Shown piece by piece: positions 41,414 through 50,286 of a stretch of 50,286 nt of DNA. The stretch's first letter is position 1; each line of letters starts with the position of its first letter. Both the position numbers and the translations under genes were made by a program. A model generated the notes under the pieces. That model saw nothing but the letters and a program-made list of their open reading frames with translations, made no database searches and was not told where the DNA came from. The stretch lies in the NCBI GenBank assembly GCA_033551855.1, contig JAWSUI010000028.1:1-50286 (forward strand). Reading direction: 5' to 3'. The stretch is from Deferrisomatales bacterium (GTDB lineage: Bacteria; Desulfobacterota; Deferrisomatia; Deferrisomatales; JACRMM01).

Positions 41414-42456
41414 GCGAACCTCAGACTCGGCTCCCCGGCCGCCCGCTCCCGGACCTCCCCCATCACCCAGGCCGTCTCACCCAGCGCTTCCAGGCGCTCC
41501 AGCACCTCCGCCACCTCCCGCGCCGGAACCACCACCGCCATTCCCACCCCGCAGTTGAAGGTGCGCAGCAACTCGCCCTCCGCCACGCGTCCCAGCCTCT
41601 GGATAAGGCGGAAGATCGGCGGAACCTCCCAGGAGGCCCGGTCCACCAGGGCCTGGCACCCCTGGGGCAGCATGCGGGGGAGGTTCTCGGGAAGTCCCCC
41701 CCCGGTGATGTGGGCCATGCCCTTGACGGTGAAGTCCCGCGCCAGGTTCAGGGCCGTGCGCACGTAGATGCGCGTCGGGGTCAGGAGCTCCTCGCCCAGG
41801 GGCTTGCCCAACTCGGGGAAGACGTGGCCGAGGTCGTACCCCCCGTCGGCGAACAGGATCTTCCGCGCCAGGGAGTACCCGTTGGCGTGCAGCCCGGACG
41901 AGGCGAGGCCCAGCACCTTGTCCCCCACCGTCACCCCGGAGCCGTCGATGAGACGGTCCCGGTCCACGATCCCGACGCAGAAGCCCGCCAGGTCGTACTC
42001 GTTCGAAGCGTACATGCCCGGCAGCTCCGCCGTCTCCCCCCCGATGAGCGAGCAGCCCGCCTCCTTGCAACCCGCGGCGATGCCCCGGATCACCGCCTCG
42101 GCCACGGCCTCGTCCAGGTGGCCCGTGGCAAAATAATCCAGGAAGAAGAGGGGCTCGGCACCTTGCACGACCACGTCGTTGACGCACATCGCGACCAGGT
42201 CGATCCCAACCGTGTGGTGGACGCCGGTCAAGAAGGCCACCTTGAGCTTGGTGCCCACGCCGTCGGTGGACGAAATCAGCACCGGCTTCTCGCAGGGAGT
42301 CTCGGTCAGGGAGAAGGCCGCCCCGAACCCTCCCACGTGGCTCATCACCTCCGGGCGCAGAGTCGGCTTGACCAGCTCTTTGATCCGGGCGACGAGGCGG
42401 TTGCCCGCATCGATGTCGACCCCGGCGGCTTTGTAGGACGTGGAGCCGGTACCCAA
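41410..42456 (-). CDS. purM: AIR synthetase
   Basis: YKAAGVDI, TDGVGTK, GGETAE, HITGGG, TFNCG; TTG 42456 with SD AGGAGG. Confidence 0.97.
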   Translation of the reverse strand: MGTGSTSYKAAGVDIDAGNRLVARIKELVKPTLRPEVMSHVGGFGAAFSLTETPCEKPVLISSTDGVGTKLKVAFLTGVHHTVGIDLVAMCVNDVVVQGAEPLFFLDYFATGHLDEAVAEAVIRGIAAGCKEAGCSLIGGETAELPGMYASNEYDLAGFCVGIVDRDRLIDGSGVTVGDKVLGLASSGLHANGYSLARKILFADGGYDLGHVFPELGKPLGEELLTPTRIYVRTALNLARDFTVKGMAHITGGGLPENLPRMLPQGCQALVDRASWEVPPIFRLIQRLGRVAEGELLRTFNCGVGMAVVVPAREVAEVLERLEALGETAWVMGEVRERAAGEPSLRFA

Positions 42457-42501
42457 GGGACCCCTCCTGGCGACGAGAAACCGCCGGTACAAGGACAAAG
42501 C

Positions 42502-42530
42502 AGGCTAGCCGAGGGGTCACGGGGTGTCAA
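42502..42530 (-). promoter_or_regulatory. Putative sigma70 promoter of purMN
   Basis: TTGACA-N17-TAGCCT. Confidence 0.7.
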
Positions 42531-42544
42531 CGAGGATTCTTCGG

Positions 42545-42602
42545 CCTGGATCCGCCGCCCCACACGTGCTCGGAGCCGGGGAGCCCGCCCGCGCGCGCCC
42601 CC
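42545..42602 (-). repeat. Partial, degenerate end of the ~205-bp element facing the purM promoter
   Basis: cctggatcc...cacgtgctcggagccggggagccc resembles the reverse complement of the copy B end (cctggatcc...cacgtgccgggggtcggggagccc). Confidence 0.6.
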
Positions 42603-42647
42603 ATCGAGGCACGCCGGTCTCCTCCCAGGCCGGGGCCCCAGGAACCG

Positions 42648-42737
42648 CCGGAATCCACCACCCCATTGTGGGGCGGAGTCCGGGAGCCCAGGAGTGCAGC
42701 CCCGCAATCCGCTCGCCGACCAGCCGGTTGATCCAGG
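42648..42737 (+). repeat. Internally deleted (90-bp) copy C of the ~205-bp element
   Basis: attgtggggcggagtccgggagcccaggagtgcagccccgca differs by 1 nt from the copy A arm and joins directly to tccgctcgccgaccagccggttgatccagg. Confidence 0.9.
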
Positions 42738-42751
42738 AGCCGCTCCCTTCC

Positions 42752-42779
42752 TTGACCGGAGGCACCGCGACGTTACAAT
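42752..42779 (+). promoter_or_regulatory. Putative sigma70 promoter
   Basis: TTGACC-N16-TACAAT. Confidence 0.7.
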
Positions 42780-42827
42780 GATCCCCCTTCTCGCGGTCTC
42801 CATCCACCCGGACGAAGGAGCGCAGCC

Positions 42828-43310
42828 ATGATCCACGTCCTCGTCTCCTACTCGAGTCGCAGCGGCAACACCGAGAAACTCGCGCGGGCCGTGGCGAGGG
42901 GAGCGGAGGCGGAGGGCGCGGCCGTCTCCCTGAAGCGCGCGGCGGAGACCACCAAGGAGGACCTGCTCGCGGCCGACGGGATCGTCCTCGGGAGCCCCGT
43001 CTACTTCGGGACCGCAACGGCCGAGATGAAGGACCTCATCGACCGCAGCGTGGGGGTGCGCCGCAAGCTGGCCGACAAAGTGGGCGCAGCCTTTGCCACC
43101 GCGGGCCACCACACGGGCGGCAAGGAGACCACCCTCCTGAGCATGCTGTTCGCTTTCCTGATTCACGAGATGGTGGTGGTGGGCGACCCGATCCAGGCGG
43201 GCGGGCACTACGGCACCGCATGCCTCGGGGCCCCGAGCGAGGACGACGAGCGGGCCGGCGAGCTCCTGGGTGCCCGGGTGACCCGGCTGGTACGAAAGCT
43301 CAAGAGCTGA
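42828..43310 (+). CDS. WrbA-like flavodoxin-fold protein
   Basis: YSSRSGNTEKLA FMN loop, GSPVYFG, KVGAAF, GGKET, GHYG. Confidence 0.9.
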   Translation: MIHVLVSYSSRSGNTEKLARAVARGAEAEGAAVSLKRAAETTKEDLLAADGIVLGSPVYFGTATAEMKDLIDRSVGVRRKLADKVGAAFATAGHHTGGKETTLLSMLFAFLIHEMVVVGDPIQAGGHYGTACLGAPSEDDERAGELLGARVTRLVRKLKS

Positions 43311-43352
43311 CCGGGACAGCCCGCCGGCTGCCGCGGCGGGGGCGGGCCGGGG

Positions 43353-43583
43353 TCACTCCTCATCCCCCACCTCCTGCATGATCCGGCGCTTGAGGGTGCG
43401 GTACGCCTCCGGGAACCCCGGGTCTCGCTCGGCAAGGTACCGGCGCATCCCCTCGAGGCCCAGCCGCAACCGGTCGACCTCCAGGCGCAGGGCCAACTCC
43501 TTCTGGGAGAGTTGGTCCGCCAGGGTGTCGAGCTCCTTCTCACACAGCTTCAGATTGCGCTCGAGCTCCTTCAGGTCCTTCAT
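43353..43583 (-). CDS. Small coiled-coil hypothetical protein (76 aa)
   Basis: SD GGGAGG before ATG 43583; heptad Leu pattern; upstream TTGACA-N16-TACCTT at 43619-43646. Confidence 0.7.
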   Translation of the reverse strand: MKDLKELERNLKLCEKELDTLADQLSQKELALRLEVDRLRLGLEGMRRYLAERDPGFPEAYRTLKRRIMQEVGDEE

Positions 43584-43651
43584 GGGGCCTCCCGGTCGGA
43601 TGGAGGTGCACGCTGCCGAAGGTAGCAACCCCCCCGCGGCTGTCAAGCGTC

Positions 43652-44422
43652 CTGCGGGTCACCGCGGTCGGAACCGGCACCTGCGTCCCCCGCCGGGACC
43701 GCCGGGGGCCCTGCGCCCTCGTGGAGGCTCGAGGGACGCGGGTCGCGGTGGACCTGGGGCTGGGGTCCCTCCACGGGCTCCTGGAGGCCGGGGTGGAGCA
43801 CCGGCACCTGGATGCCGTGCTCTTCACCCACCTGCACGCCGACCACGTGGCCGAGCTCTCCTCCCTCCTCTTCGCGGCCAACTACGACGAGGAGCCGAGG
43901 GAGCGGCCCCTCCTCCTCGCCGGGGGGCCGGGCTTCGGCGACTTTCTCCGAGGGCTCTCGGCGCTCTTCGGGACCTGGCTGCAGCCCAGGGCCTACCGCC
44001 TGGAGGTGCGGGAGCTCGTCGCCGGCCAGACGCTGAGCATCGGCGCCCTGGTCTGCCGAACGGGAGGGGTGCGCCACATCCCCTCGAGCCTCGCGTACCG
44101 GTTCGAGCTCGAAGAGCGGGCGGCGGTGATCTCCGGAGACACGGGGCCTTCCCCCGAGCTCGAGGAATTGGCACGAGGCGCGGACCTGCTGCTCCTGGAG
44201 GCGAGCACCTCGGGAGAACGGCCCGTCCCCGTCCACCTGAGCCCGGCCCAGGCCGGCGAGCTGGCCCGCAGTGCAGCAGTGGGCCGGCTCGTCCTCACCC
44301 ACCTCTACCCCTCCGCAGACCGAGCCGGGCCCGGACCCGCAGCGGCCGCTGCCTTCGGGAAAGAGGTGCTCGTGGCCCGGGACGGGATGACCCTGGAGAT
44401 CCCCTGGGGTCGGGGAGACTGA
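43652..44422 (+). CDS. MBL-fold metallohydrolase (RNase Z-like); start codon uncertain
   Basis: LRVTAVGTGT first strand, VDLG, THLHADH, SGDT, HL, LTH; the domain begins upstream of the first canonical start at 43721. Confidence 0.85.
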   Translation: MRVTAVGTGTCVPRRDRRGPCALVEARGTRVAVDLGLGSLHGLLEAGVEHRHLDAVLFTHLHADHVAELSSLLFAANYDEEPRERPLLLAGGPGFGDFLRGLSALFGTWLQPRAYRLEVRELVAGQTLSIGALVCRTGGVRHIPSSLAYRFELEERAAVISGDTGPSPELEELARGADLLLLEASTSGERPVPVHLSPAQAGELARSAAVGRLVLTHLYPSADRAGPGPAAAAAFGKEVLVARDGMTLEIPWGRGD

Positions 44423-44443
44423 CCTCTCGGCCGCCCCCTCCCG

Positions 44444-46078
44444 TCAATCCGGCAAGGGCGAGAAGGCCGCGTGGTTGGAGGTGAACCCCGGAGGGGTCGC
44501 CGCGAGAATCGGTCCCAGGGCGGGATGGCCCCTTGCCGCGGAGAGAAGCCGGCGAAGTTCCCGCCGGGTTTCTTCGCCGGAACCCGCTGCCGTCCGGTAC
44601 AGGGAGAGATCGGGGCCGGTGGGCTCCGCCTCCGGGGAGGGCTCCAGAGTGCTGCCTCGCGGCAGGTGGAACAGGGCGAGGTTCACGAAGGTGATCCAGG
44701 ACGCATGGTCTGCGGCCCACTCCACGGTCCGCTCGGCCTCCCCCATGGTCTCCGTGGGGAGGCCGAAGAGCAGGTAGACGTAGGTGCGGATGCCGGCGTC
44801 CGAGAGGTTCCGGACCGCGACTCCCGCCTCGGCTGCCCGGGTGCCCTTCCCCATCCGATCCAGGAGACGCTGGGAAGCCGTCTCGACCCCCAGCTGGAGC
44901 AGGGCGCACCCGCCTTCGGCGAGCTCCCCCGCGAAGGCGGGGTCCAGCAGCTGTCGCTCCAGCCGGGCGAACCCGTACCAGCGCACCCCCTCCCCCCGGA
45001 GCCGCCGGGCCAGACCCCTGAGGATCGCCGGCGGCACCGCGTCGTCCGTCAGGTGAACCCGGTGGACCCCCACGGAATCCCGGGCCCGCAGGATCGCATC
45101 GGCCAGGGAGTCCGCCGGGGCAGGGCGGAACGCCTGCCGGTCCTGAGCCGCCTCGGGACAGAAGGCGCACCGGCGCCAGTAACACCCCCGGGACGCGGCG
45201 GCGGGGAGGATGGGGCCGGGGGCGAGGTACCGCCCCCAGGGGAGGCCCTCGGCATCGGGCCGGAAGCACACGGCCCGTGGCGCGGCACTCCCCGGGTTCC
45301 AAGCGCCGAGCCCGGGGGCGAGCAAGCCGGGGGTGTCCGCCGGGGGCCGCCCGCACGACAGGTGCTCCAGGGCGCTCTCCCCCGGCCCCACCACCAACCC
45401 GTCCCAGGCCTCGAAGAGCCGGGCCGGAGGGCTCACCCTCCCCGCCCACGAGGTGACCAGGCCCCCGCCGAGGATCAGGCGGCCCCGATACCCACGACGC
45501 CTCAGGTCCCCGGCGAGGGCGAAGGCCGGCAGGGCTTGGGAGAGATAGGTCACCGAGACGCCGATGATCTCGGGGTCGCCCTCGAGCAGCCCACGGGCCG
45601 CCTCCCCGAGCTCCGAAAAGAGGGGCAAGGCCTCCGGTTCGCGGGCCGCGGCCAGGAGGTCCGCCGAAGACAGGGGCGAGAGCGGGGGCATCGCCAGGTC
45701 CGAGATGCGAAACCGGCCCCCCCGGGCCCGCGACAGGGCCGCCCAACCCTCGGCCACCCCGTCGGCGGCCGACCGGTACTGGGCCCACCGCCGGTAGGTC
45801 TCGGGGCGCCGCAGCGCCTCGAGGGCGGCAGGGGACCGGCGCGCGGCCCGACGCGCCGAAGAGAGAAGAGCCCCCTTCGCCCCGGCCTCCTCCAAGGCCC
45901 GGGCCGCGGCCTCCAAGGAGATGGGGGAGAGCAGACGCTCCTGGACCTCCAGGTTCAGGTCGGCCAGGGCCACGTCCACGCCCCGGGCTCGCAGGTGGCC
46001 CGCGAGGACCAGCAAACCCGGCGGCGGCTCGCAGGCCTTGGCGTGGGGCGGGTTTACCAGGAGGAGCGGGCGCCTCAC
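44444..46078 (-). CDS. Cobalamin-binding radical SAM protein
   Basis: LLVNPP...PPPGL N-terminus, [17 protein letters not shown] (CX3CX2C), GVET, LFGLPTE; likely start GTG 46078. Confidence 0.88.
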   Translation of the reverse strand: MRRPLLLVNPPHAKACEPPPGLLVLAGHLRARGVDVALADLNLEVQERLLSPISLEAAARALEEAGAKGALLSSARRAARRSPAALEALRRPETYRRWAQYRSAADGVAEGWAALSRARGGRFRISDLAMPPLSPLSSADLLAAAREPEALPLFSELGEAARGLLEGDPEIIGVSVTYLSQALPAFALAGDLRRRGYRGRLILGGGLVTSWAGRVSPPARLFEAWDGLVVGPGESALEHLSCGRPPADTPGLLAPGLGAWNPGSAAPRAVCFRPDAEGLPWGRYLAPGPILPAAASRGCYWRRCAFCPEAAQDRQAFRPAPADSLADAILRARDSVGVHRVHLTDDAVPPAILRGLARRLRGEGVRWYGFARLERQLLDPAFAGELAEGGCALLQLGVETASQRLLDRMGKGTRAAEAGVAVRNLSDAGIRTYVYLLFGLPTETMGEAERTVEWAADHASWITFVNLALFHLPRGSTLEPSPEAEPTGPDLSLYRTAAGSGEETRRELRRLLSAARGHPALGPILAATPPGFTSNHAAFSPLPD

Positions 46079-46142
46079 CGCGGGCCTCGTCCCCGGAGCG
46101 CCCCGACCCCGCTCTCCTGCGAGGCGGGAGATCCTGGCGGGG

Positions 46143-46350
46143 CCGACATCCGCCACCACATCGTCGGGCGGGGTCCGGGACCCCCGGAGAGCAGCCCCGT
46201 ACCGCATCGACCGGCCGGCCGCGTTCGGCGCAGGCCGGTGAAGCCCGGCGCACCGGGGACTGCCGGGACACCTCTTCGAATTGCCGCGGATTGCGGGGCG
46301 AAACGCAGGGGCTCGCGGGCTCCGCTCGCCGACCAGCCGGTGGATCCAGG
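46143..46350 (+). repeat. ~205-bp inverted-repeat element, copy D
   Basis: Ungapped match to the reverse complement of copy A; ends in ggtggatccagg. Confidence 0.9.
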
Positions 46351-46364
46351 CGGGGTGTGCCGGC

Positions 46365-46394
46365 TTGCCGCCTCGTCGGGGGGTGGGGTATACA
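46365..46394 (+). promoter_or_regulatory. Putative sigma70 promoter of proS-pyrF-rlmB
   Basis: TTGCCG-N18-TATACA. Confidence 0.55.
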
Positions 46395-46437
46395 AGCGGG
46401 TCATTCCCAAAGCGCGAACCCTTTCGCCGAGGCGTCC

Positions 46438-48147
46438 ATGGACTATTCGAAACTGCTGCTCCCCACCCTCAAGGAGGAGCCCGCCGAAGCGGAGGTCGTG
46501 AGCCACAAGCTCATGCTCCGGGCGGGGATGATCCGCAAACTCGCGGCGGGAATCTACTCGTATCTTCCCGCGGGCCTGCGCGTCCTGCGCAAGGTGGAGG
46601 CGATCGTCCGGGAGGAGATGAACCGGGCCGGCGCCCAGGAGCTCCTCCTCCCCGCGGTCCAGCCGGCCGAGCTCTGGAAGGAGTCGGGACGCTGGGAGTT
46701 CTACGGCAAGGAGCTCCTCCGCTTCAAGGACCGGCACGAGCGTGACTGCTGTTTGGGGCCGACCCACGAAGAGGTGATCACCGACCTGGTCCGCCGCGAC
46801 ATCCGCTCCTACCGGCAGTTGCCGATCAACCTCTACCAGATCCAGACCAAGTTCCGCGACGAGATCCGTCCCCGGTTCGGCCTCATGCGGGGGCGGGAAT
46901 TCACCATGAAGGACGCGTACTCCTTCGACGCGGACGAGGCCGGCGCCGACGAGAGCTATCGGAAGATGGTCGATGCCTACGTGCGGATCTTCCAGCGGTG
47001 CGGATTGGAGTTCGTCCCCGTGGAGGCCGACTCGGGCGCCATAGGGGGCAGCTTCTCCCACGAGTTCATGGTCCTGGCCGAGTCCGGGGAGGATGCCGTG
47101 GCCGCCTGCCGCGCCTGCGGGTACGGCGCAAACGTCGAGAAGGCCGAGGTGCGTGCGCCCGAGCCCGAACCGGTCGCCGCGGCGGGGCCCATGGAGAGGG
47201 TGGACACTCCGGAACAGCGCACCGTGGAGGAGATTGCCGCGTTTCTCGGGGTTCCGCCCAGCACCGTGGCGAAGACCCTCCTGTTCGAGACGGATCGGGG
47301 GACGGTCGCCGTGTGCGTGCGGGGCGACCACGACGCCAATCCCACGAAGGTGAAGAACCTCCTGGGGGCAAACACCGCAGAGCTGGCGGGCGAGGCCGCC
47401 GTGCGCCAGGTGACCGGGGCTCCCGTCGGCTATGCCGGACCGGTGGGTCTGCCGGTGCCCGTCTACCTGGACCAGGCCCTGCGCGGCGCCGGGGGGTGGG
47501 TCGTGGGCGCCAACCAGGCGGGATCCCACTACCGGGACGCGGTGCCGGGGCGCGACTTCCGGGCCGCGGGGTGGGCCGACCTGCGCACCCTCCGCGCCGG
47601 GGATCCCTGTCCCCGGTGCGGGCAGCCGATCGCCGTCAAGCGCGGCATCGAGGTGGGGCACGTGTTCAAGCTCGGCACCAAGTACTCCGAGAGCCTCCGG
47701 GCAACCTTCCTCGACGCCCAGGGGACCGAGCGCCCCCTCATCATGGGGTGCTACGGCATCGGGGTGGGGCGCACCGCCGCCGCGGCCATCGAGCAGAACC
47801 ACGACGCCGACGGGATCGTCTGGCCCGTGCCCTTGGCGCCGTGGGAGGTGGTGGTCTTGCCGCTCCAGGTCAAGGACGACGCCACGGCCCGCGTGACAGC
47901 CGACCTGGTCCGGGGCCTCGAGGCGCAGGGAGTCGAAGTCCTGGTGGACGACCGGGACGAGCGCCCAGGGGTCAAGTTCAAGGATGCCGACCTCCTGGGC
48001 ATCCCGCTGCGGCTCACCGTGGGACCCAAGGGGCTGGCCCAGGGGGTCGCGGAGGCCAGGGAGCGCAAGAGCCGAGCCGAGCACCGGGTGCCCCTCGCCG
48101 AGGCGGCGGCCTGGGCCGCGGCCTGGGTGCAGGAGCGGCGCACATGA
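46438..48147 (+). CDS. proS: Prolyl-tRNA synthetase (bacterial type with editing domain)
   Basis: [47 protein letters not shown]. Confidence 0.98.
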   Translation: MDYSKLLLPTLKEEPAEAEVVSHKLMLRAGMIRKLAAGIYSYLPAGLRVLRKVEAIVREEMNRAGAQELLLPAVQPAELWKESGRWEFYGKELLRFKDRHERDCCLGPTHEEVITDLVRRDIRSYRQLPINLYQIQTKFRDEIRPRFGLMRGREFTMKDAYSFDADEAGADESYRKMVDAYVRIFQRCGLEFVPVEADSGAIGGSFSHEFMVLAESGEDAVAACRACGYGANVEKAEVRAPEPEPVAAAGPMERVDTPEQRTVEEIAAFLGVPPSTVAKTLLFETDRGTVAVCVRGDHDANPTKVKNLLGANTAELAGEAAVRQVTGAPVGYAGPVGLPVPVYLDQALRGAGGWVVGANQAGSHYRDAVPGRDFRAAGWADLRTLRAGDPCPRCGQPIAVKRGIEVGHVFKLGTKYSESLRATFLDAQGTERPLIMGCYGIGVGRTAAAAIEQNHDADGIVWPVPLAPWEVVVLPLQVKDDATARVTADLVRGLEAQGVEVLVDDRDERPGVKFKDADLLGIPLRLTVGPKGLAQGVAEARERKSRAEHRVPLAEAAAWAAAWVQERRT

Positions 48148-48869
48148 CCGCCCGGGATCGCCTGATCTTCGCCCTGGACGTCGCCACCGCCGGGGAGGCC
48201 CGGGGCTGGGTGCGGCGTCTCGACACCGAGGTAGGGGCCTTCAAGGTGGGGCTGGAGCTCTTCACCTCCCAGGGGCCCGCCCTCGTCCGCGACCTGGTGA
48301 ACCGCGGGTGCCGGATCTTCCTGGACCTGAAGCTCCACGACATCCCGGCCACCATGGCCGGGGCGGCCCGGGTCGCCGGGGGCTCGGGGGCCTTCCTCGT
48401 CAACGTCCACGCGCTGGCGGGCCCTGAGGGGATGGCGCGGGCAGGAGAGGCCGCCCGGGAGGGGGCTCGGGCCGCCGAGCGGCCCGAGCCGAAGGTGCTG
48501 GCGGTGACCGTCTTGACGAGCCACGGCCCCTCGGACCTGGAGGCGGTCGGGCTGCGGGGACCCGCGTCCGAGGCGGTCCTCCGCCTGGCCTTCCTCGCCC
48601 GCTCCGCCGGCCTCGACGGAGTCGTGGCGTCGCCGCTCGAGGCCTCGTCCATCCGCCGGGCCTGGCCCGAAGCCCTCATCGTCACCCCCGGGGTCCGGCC
48701 GGCCGGGTTCGACGCCGGGGACCAGACCCGCATGGACACCGCCGCGGGCGCCCTGCGCGCGGGGGCAGACTACCTGGTGGTGGGGCGCCCCATCCGCGAG
48801 GCGACGGACCCGGTGGCGACGGCCCGGGCCCTCGTGGCAGAGATGGAGGGCGCCGAGGGACCCGCGTGA
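48144..48869 (+). CDS. pyrF: Orotidine-5'-phosphate decarboxylase
   Basis: [35 protein letters not shown]. Confidence 0.97.
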   Translation: MTARDRLIFALDVATAGEARGWVRRLDTEVGAFKVGLELFTSQGPALVRDLVNRGCRIFLDLKLHDIPATMAGAARVAGGSGAFLVNVHALAGPEGMARAGEAAREGARAAERPEPKVLAVTVLTSHGPSDLEAVGLRGPASEAVLRLAFLARSAGLDGVVASPLEASSIRRAWPEALIVTPGVRPAGFDAGDQTRMDTAAGALRAGADYLVVGRPIREATDPVATARALVAEMEGAEGPA

Positions 48870-48888
48870 CGACTCTCGTGAGCCCCGG

Positions 48889-49641
48889 GTGACTGCGGGC
48901 GAGTGGGTCTACGGCCGCCGGCCGGTGGCCGAGCACCTCGCCGCGGCCCCCGACACCTGTCGCGAGCTCCTCGTCGCACGGGAGGGTCCCCTCCCGGCGG
49001 CGATCGCCGAGGCCGCGCGGCGCCTCGGGCTGCCGGTCCGGGAAGTACCCCGGGCCGCGCTGGACCGGGCGTCCGGCGGGGGCAACCACCAGGGGGTGTG
49101 CCTGTGCGTGGGCGGCTGGGCGTACGCCGCCCTCGAGGACTTGGCGGCGCGCGCCCGGGCGCCGGGGCGGCTTCCGCTCCTCCTGGCGCTGGACTGCGTC
49201 CAGGACCCCCGCAACCTGGGGGCGGTCCTGCGGGTCGCCGACGGCGTCGGCGCCGCGGGCGTCGTCATTCCCCAGGACCGCGCGGCGGGTCTGAGCGCCG
49301 CGGCGGCCCGCACCGCCTCCGGAGCCCTGGCCTCGGTCCCGGTGGCGAGGGTGGTCAACCTCGCCCGGAGCCTGGACGCCCTGCGCGGTGAGGGGTTCGA
49401 GATCCTCGGAGCCGACGGGAGCGCGCCGGTGGACCTCTATGCGGCGCCGGTGCGGTTCCCGTGCGTGGCGGTCTTCGGCGGGGAGCACCGGGGGATACGT
49501 CCCAACGTCGCGAAGCGCTGCGGCCTGCGGGTCTCGATCCCCATGGGGGGGGCAGTAGGCAGCCTCAACGTGGCCGTGGCCTGCGGGGTGGTGAGCTACG
49601 AGCTGCGCCGCCGCTTCGTCACCCGGGCGCAGCGCCCGTAG
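48889..49641 (+). CDS. rlmB: 23S rRNA (Gm2251) methyltransferase RlmB (SpoU family)
   Basis: YGRRPV, HQGV, DPRNLGAVLR, GGEHRGI, IPM..SLNVAVA. Confidence 0.92.
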   Translation: MTAGEWVYGRRPVAEHLAAAPDTCRELLVAREGPLPAAIAEAARRLGLPVREVPRAALDRASGGGNHQGVCLCVGGWAYAALEDLAARARAPGRLPLLLALDCVQDPRNLGAVLRVADGVGAAGVVIPQDRAAGLSAAAARTASGALASVPVARVVNLARSLDALRGEGFEILGADGSAPVDLYAAPVRFPCVAVFGGEHRGIRPNVAKRCGLRVSIPMGGAVGSLNVAVACGVVSYELRRRFVTRAQRP

Positions 49642-49706
49642 ATCCCCGGCTCCCGGGGGACCGCCCGGACGGGACGGATCGTCGGGTTTTGGCCGTTCTT
49701 TTACCC

Positions 49707-49735
49707 TTGACACCCCCCACCCCATCCGCTAGCAT
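49707..49735 (+). promoter_or_regulatory. Sigma70 promoter of the tRNA-tuf operon
   Basis: TTGACA-N17-TAGCAT. Confidence 0.75.
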
Positions 49736-49802
49736 CCCCTCTCCTTCCGTCCGAGGGGGGGTGGTTTCGGCTCGCGCCGACACCCCGGGGCCGGGAGGCC
49801 GG

Positions 49803-49878
49803 GCTGGCGTAGCTCAATTGGCAGAGCAGCTGATTTGTAATCAGCAGGTTGCGGGTTCGAGTCCCATCGCCAGCTCCA
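49803..49878 (+). tRNA. tRNA-Thr (TGT)
   Basis: 76-nt cloverleaf, anticodon arm ctgat-ttgtaat-cag, GTTCGA, CCA end. Confidence 0.97.
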
Positions 49879-49895
49879 CGGGTGTATCCATCCGT

Positions 49896-49980
<85 letters not shown>

Positions 49981-49992
49981 GCCAGAATCTCC

Positions 49993-50069
49993 GCGGGAGT
50001 AGCTCAGTCGGCTAGAGCGTCAGCCTTCCAAGCTGAGGGTCGCGGGTTCGAGACCCGTCTCCCGCTCCA
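49993..50069 (+). tRNA. tRNA-Gly (TCC)
   Basis: 77 nt, anticodon loop cttccaa, CCA end. Confidence 0.97.
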
Positions 50070-50103
50070 ACGCTAGAGTTCATCCCCCCTGCCGGGGATG
50101 CGG

Positions 50104-50179
50104 GCCCACGTAGCTCAGTCGGCAGAGCACTTCCTTGGTAAGGAAGAGGTCACCGGTTCAATTCCGGTCGTGGGCTCCA
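50104..50179 (+). tRNA. tRNA-Thr (GGT)
   Basis: 76 nt, anticodon loop ttggtaa, CCA end. Confidence 0.97.
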
Positions 50180-50256
50180 CGTTCACCCGTTGCGTCCCGG
50201 TTGGCTTGCCGGCCGGGAGGTTTCTATTTCTGCCGATCCGACAGAGGAGTGGAACG

Positions 50257-50286
50257 ATGGCCAAGGAAACCTTCAAGCGAACCAAG
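50257..50286 (+). CDS. tuf: Elongation factor Tu, first 10 codons only
   Basis: MAKETFKRTK after SD GAGGAG, downstream of the Thr-Tyr-Gly-Thr tRNA cluster (classic tufB context). Confidence 0.93.
   Translation, partial: MAKETFKRTK

Noticed and set aside
46143..46437. T-box leader for proS
   Set aside because: No T-box consensus; the structure is the dispersed repeat and lies upstream of the predicted promoter.
46079..46437. N-terminal extensions of the radical SAM and proS ORFs in the ORF track
   Set aside because: They translate the repeat element and promoter; the likely starts are 46078 and 46438.

Overview
Very GC-rich chromosomal window from a deltaproteobacterial-type organism (Desulfobacterota/Deferrisomatota-like, inferred from gene order). 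Left part (minus strand): a partial flagellar cluster, flhA-flhF-flhG-TPR protein-[small ORF]-fliF-fliG-fliH-fliI-fliJ-motE-like, then fliN and an SH3-domain gene. flgBC, fliE, fliA, fliK, fliLM, fliPQR and flhB are not in the window, and FlhG has a degenerate Walker A. Middle: mixed accessory genes (PfpI, UvrD, dienelactone hydrolase, M23 peptidase, alpha/beta hydrolase, CoA-Nudix, a PAS histidine kinase with an NtrC-type regulator, a PAS sigma54 activator). Then the conserved super-operon yceD-rpmF-plsX-fabH-fabD-fabG-acpP-fabF-(rpiB-glyA fusion)-dCMP deaminase-nrdR-ribD-ribE-ribBA-ribH-nusB, followed by purMN, a flavodoxin-fold protein, an MBL hydrolase, a B12 radical SAM enzyme, proS-pyrF-rlmB, tRNAs Thr-Tyr-Gly-Thr and the start of tuf. 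The strongest unexplained signal is non-coding. A ~205-bp inverted-repeat element is present in 3 full, 1 internally deleted and 2 partial copies. Its terminal motif GGYGGATYCWGG lies 13-15 bp upstream of the predicted -35 hexamer of up to seven sigma70-type promoters. No CRISPR array, transposase or prophage gene was found. All alignments and promoter calls were made by eye.
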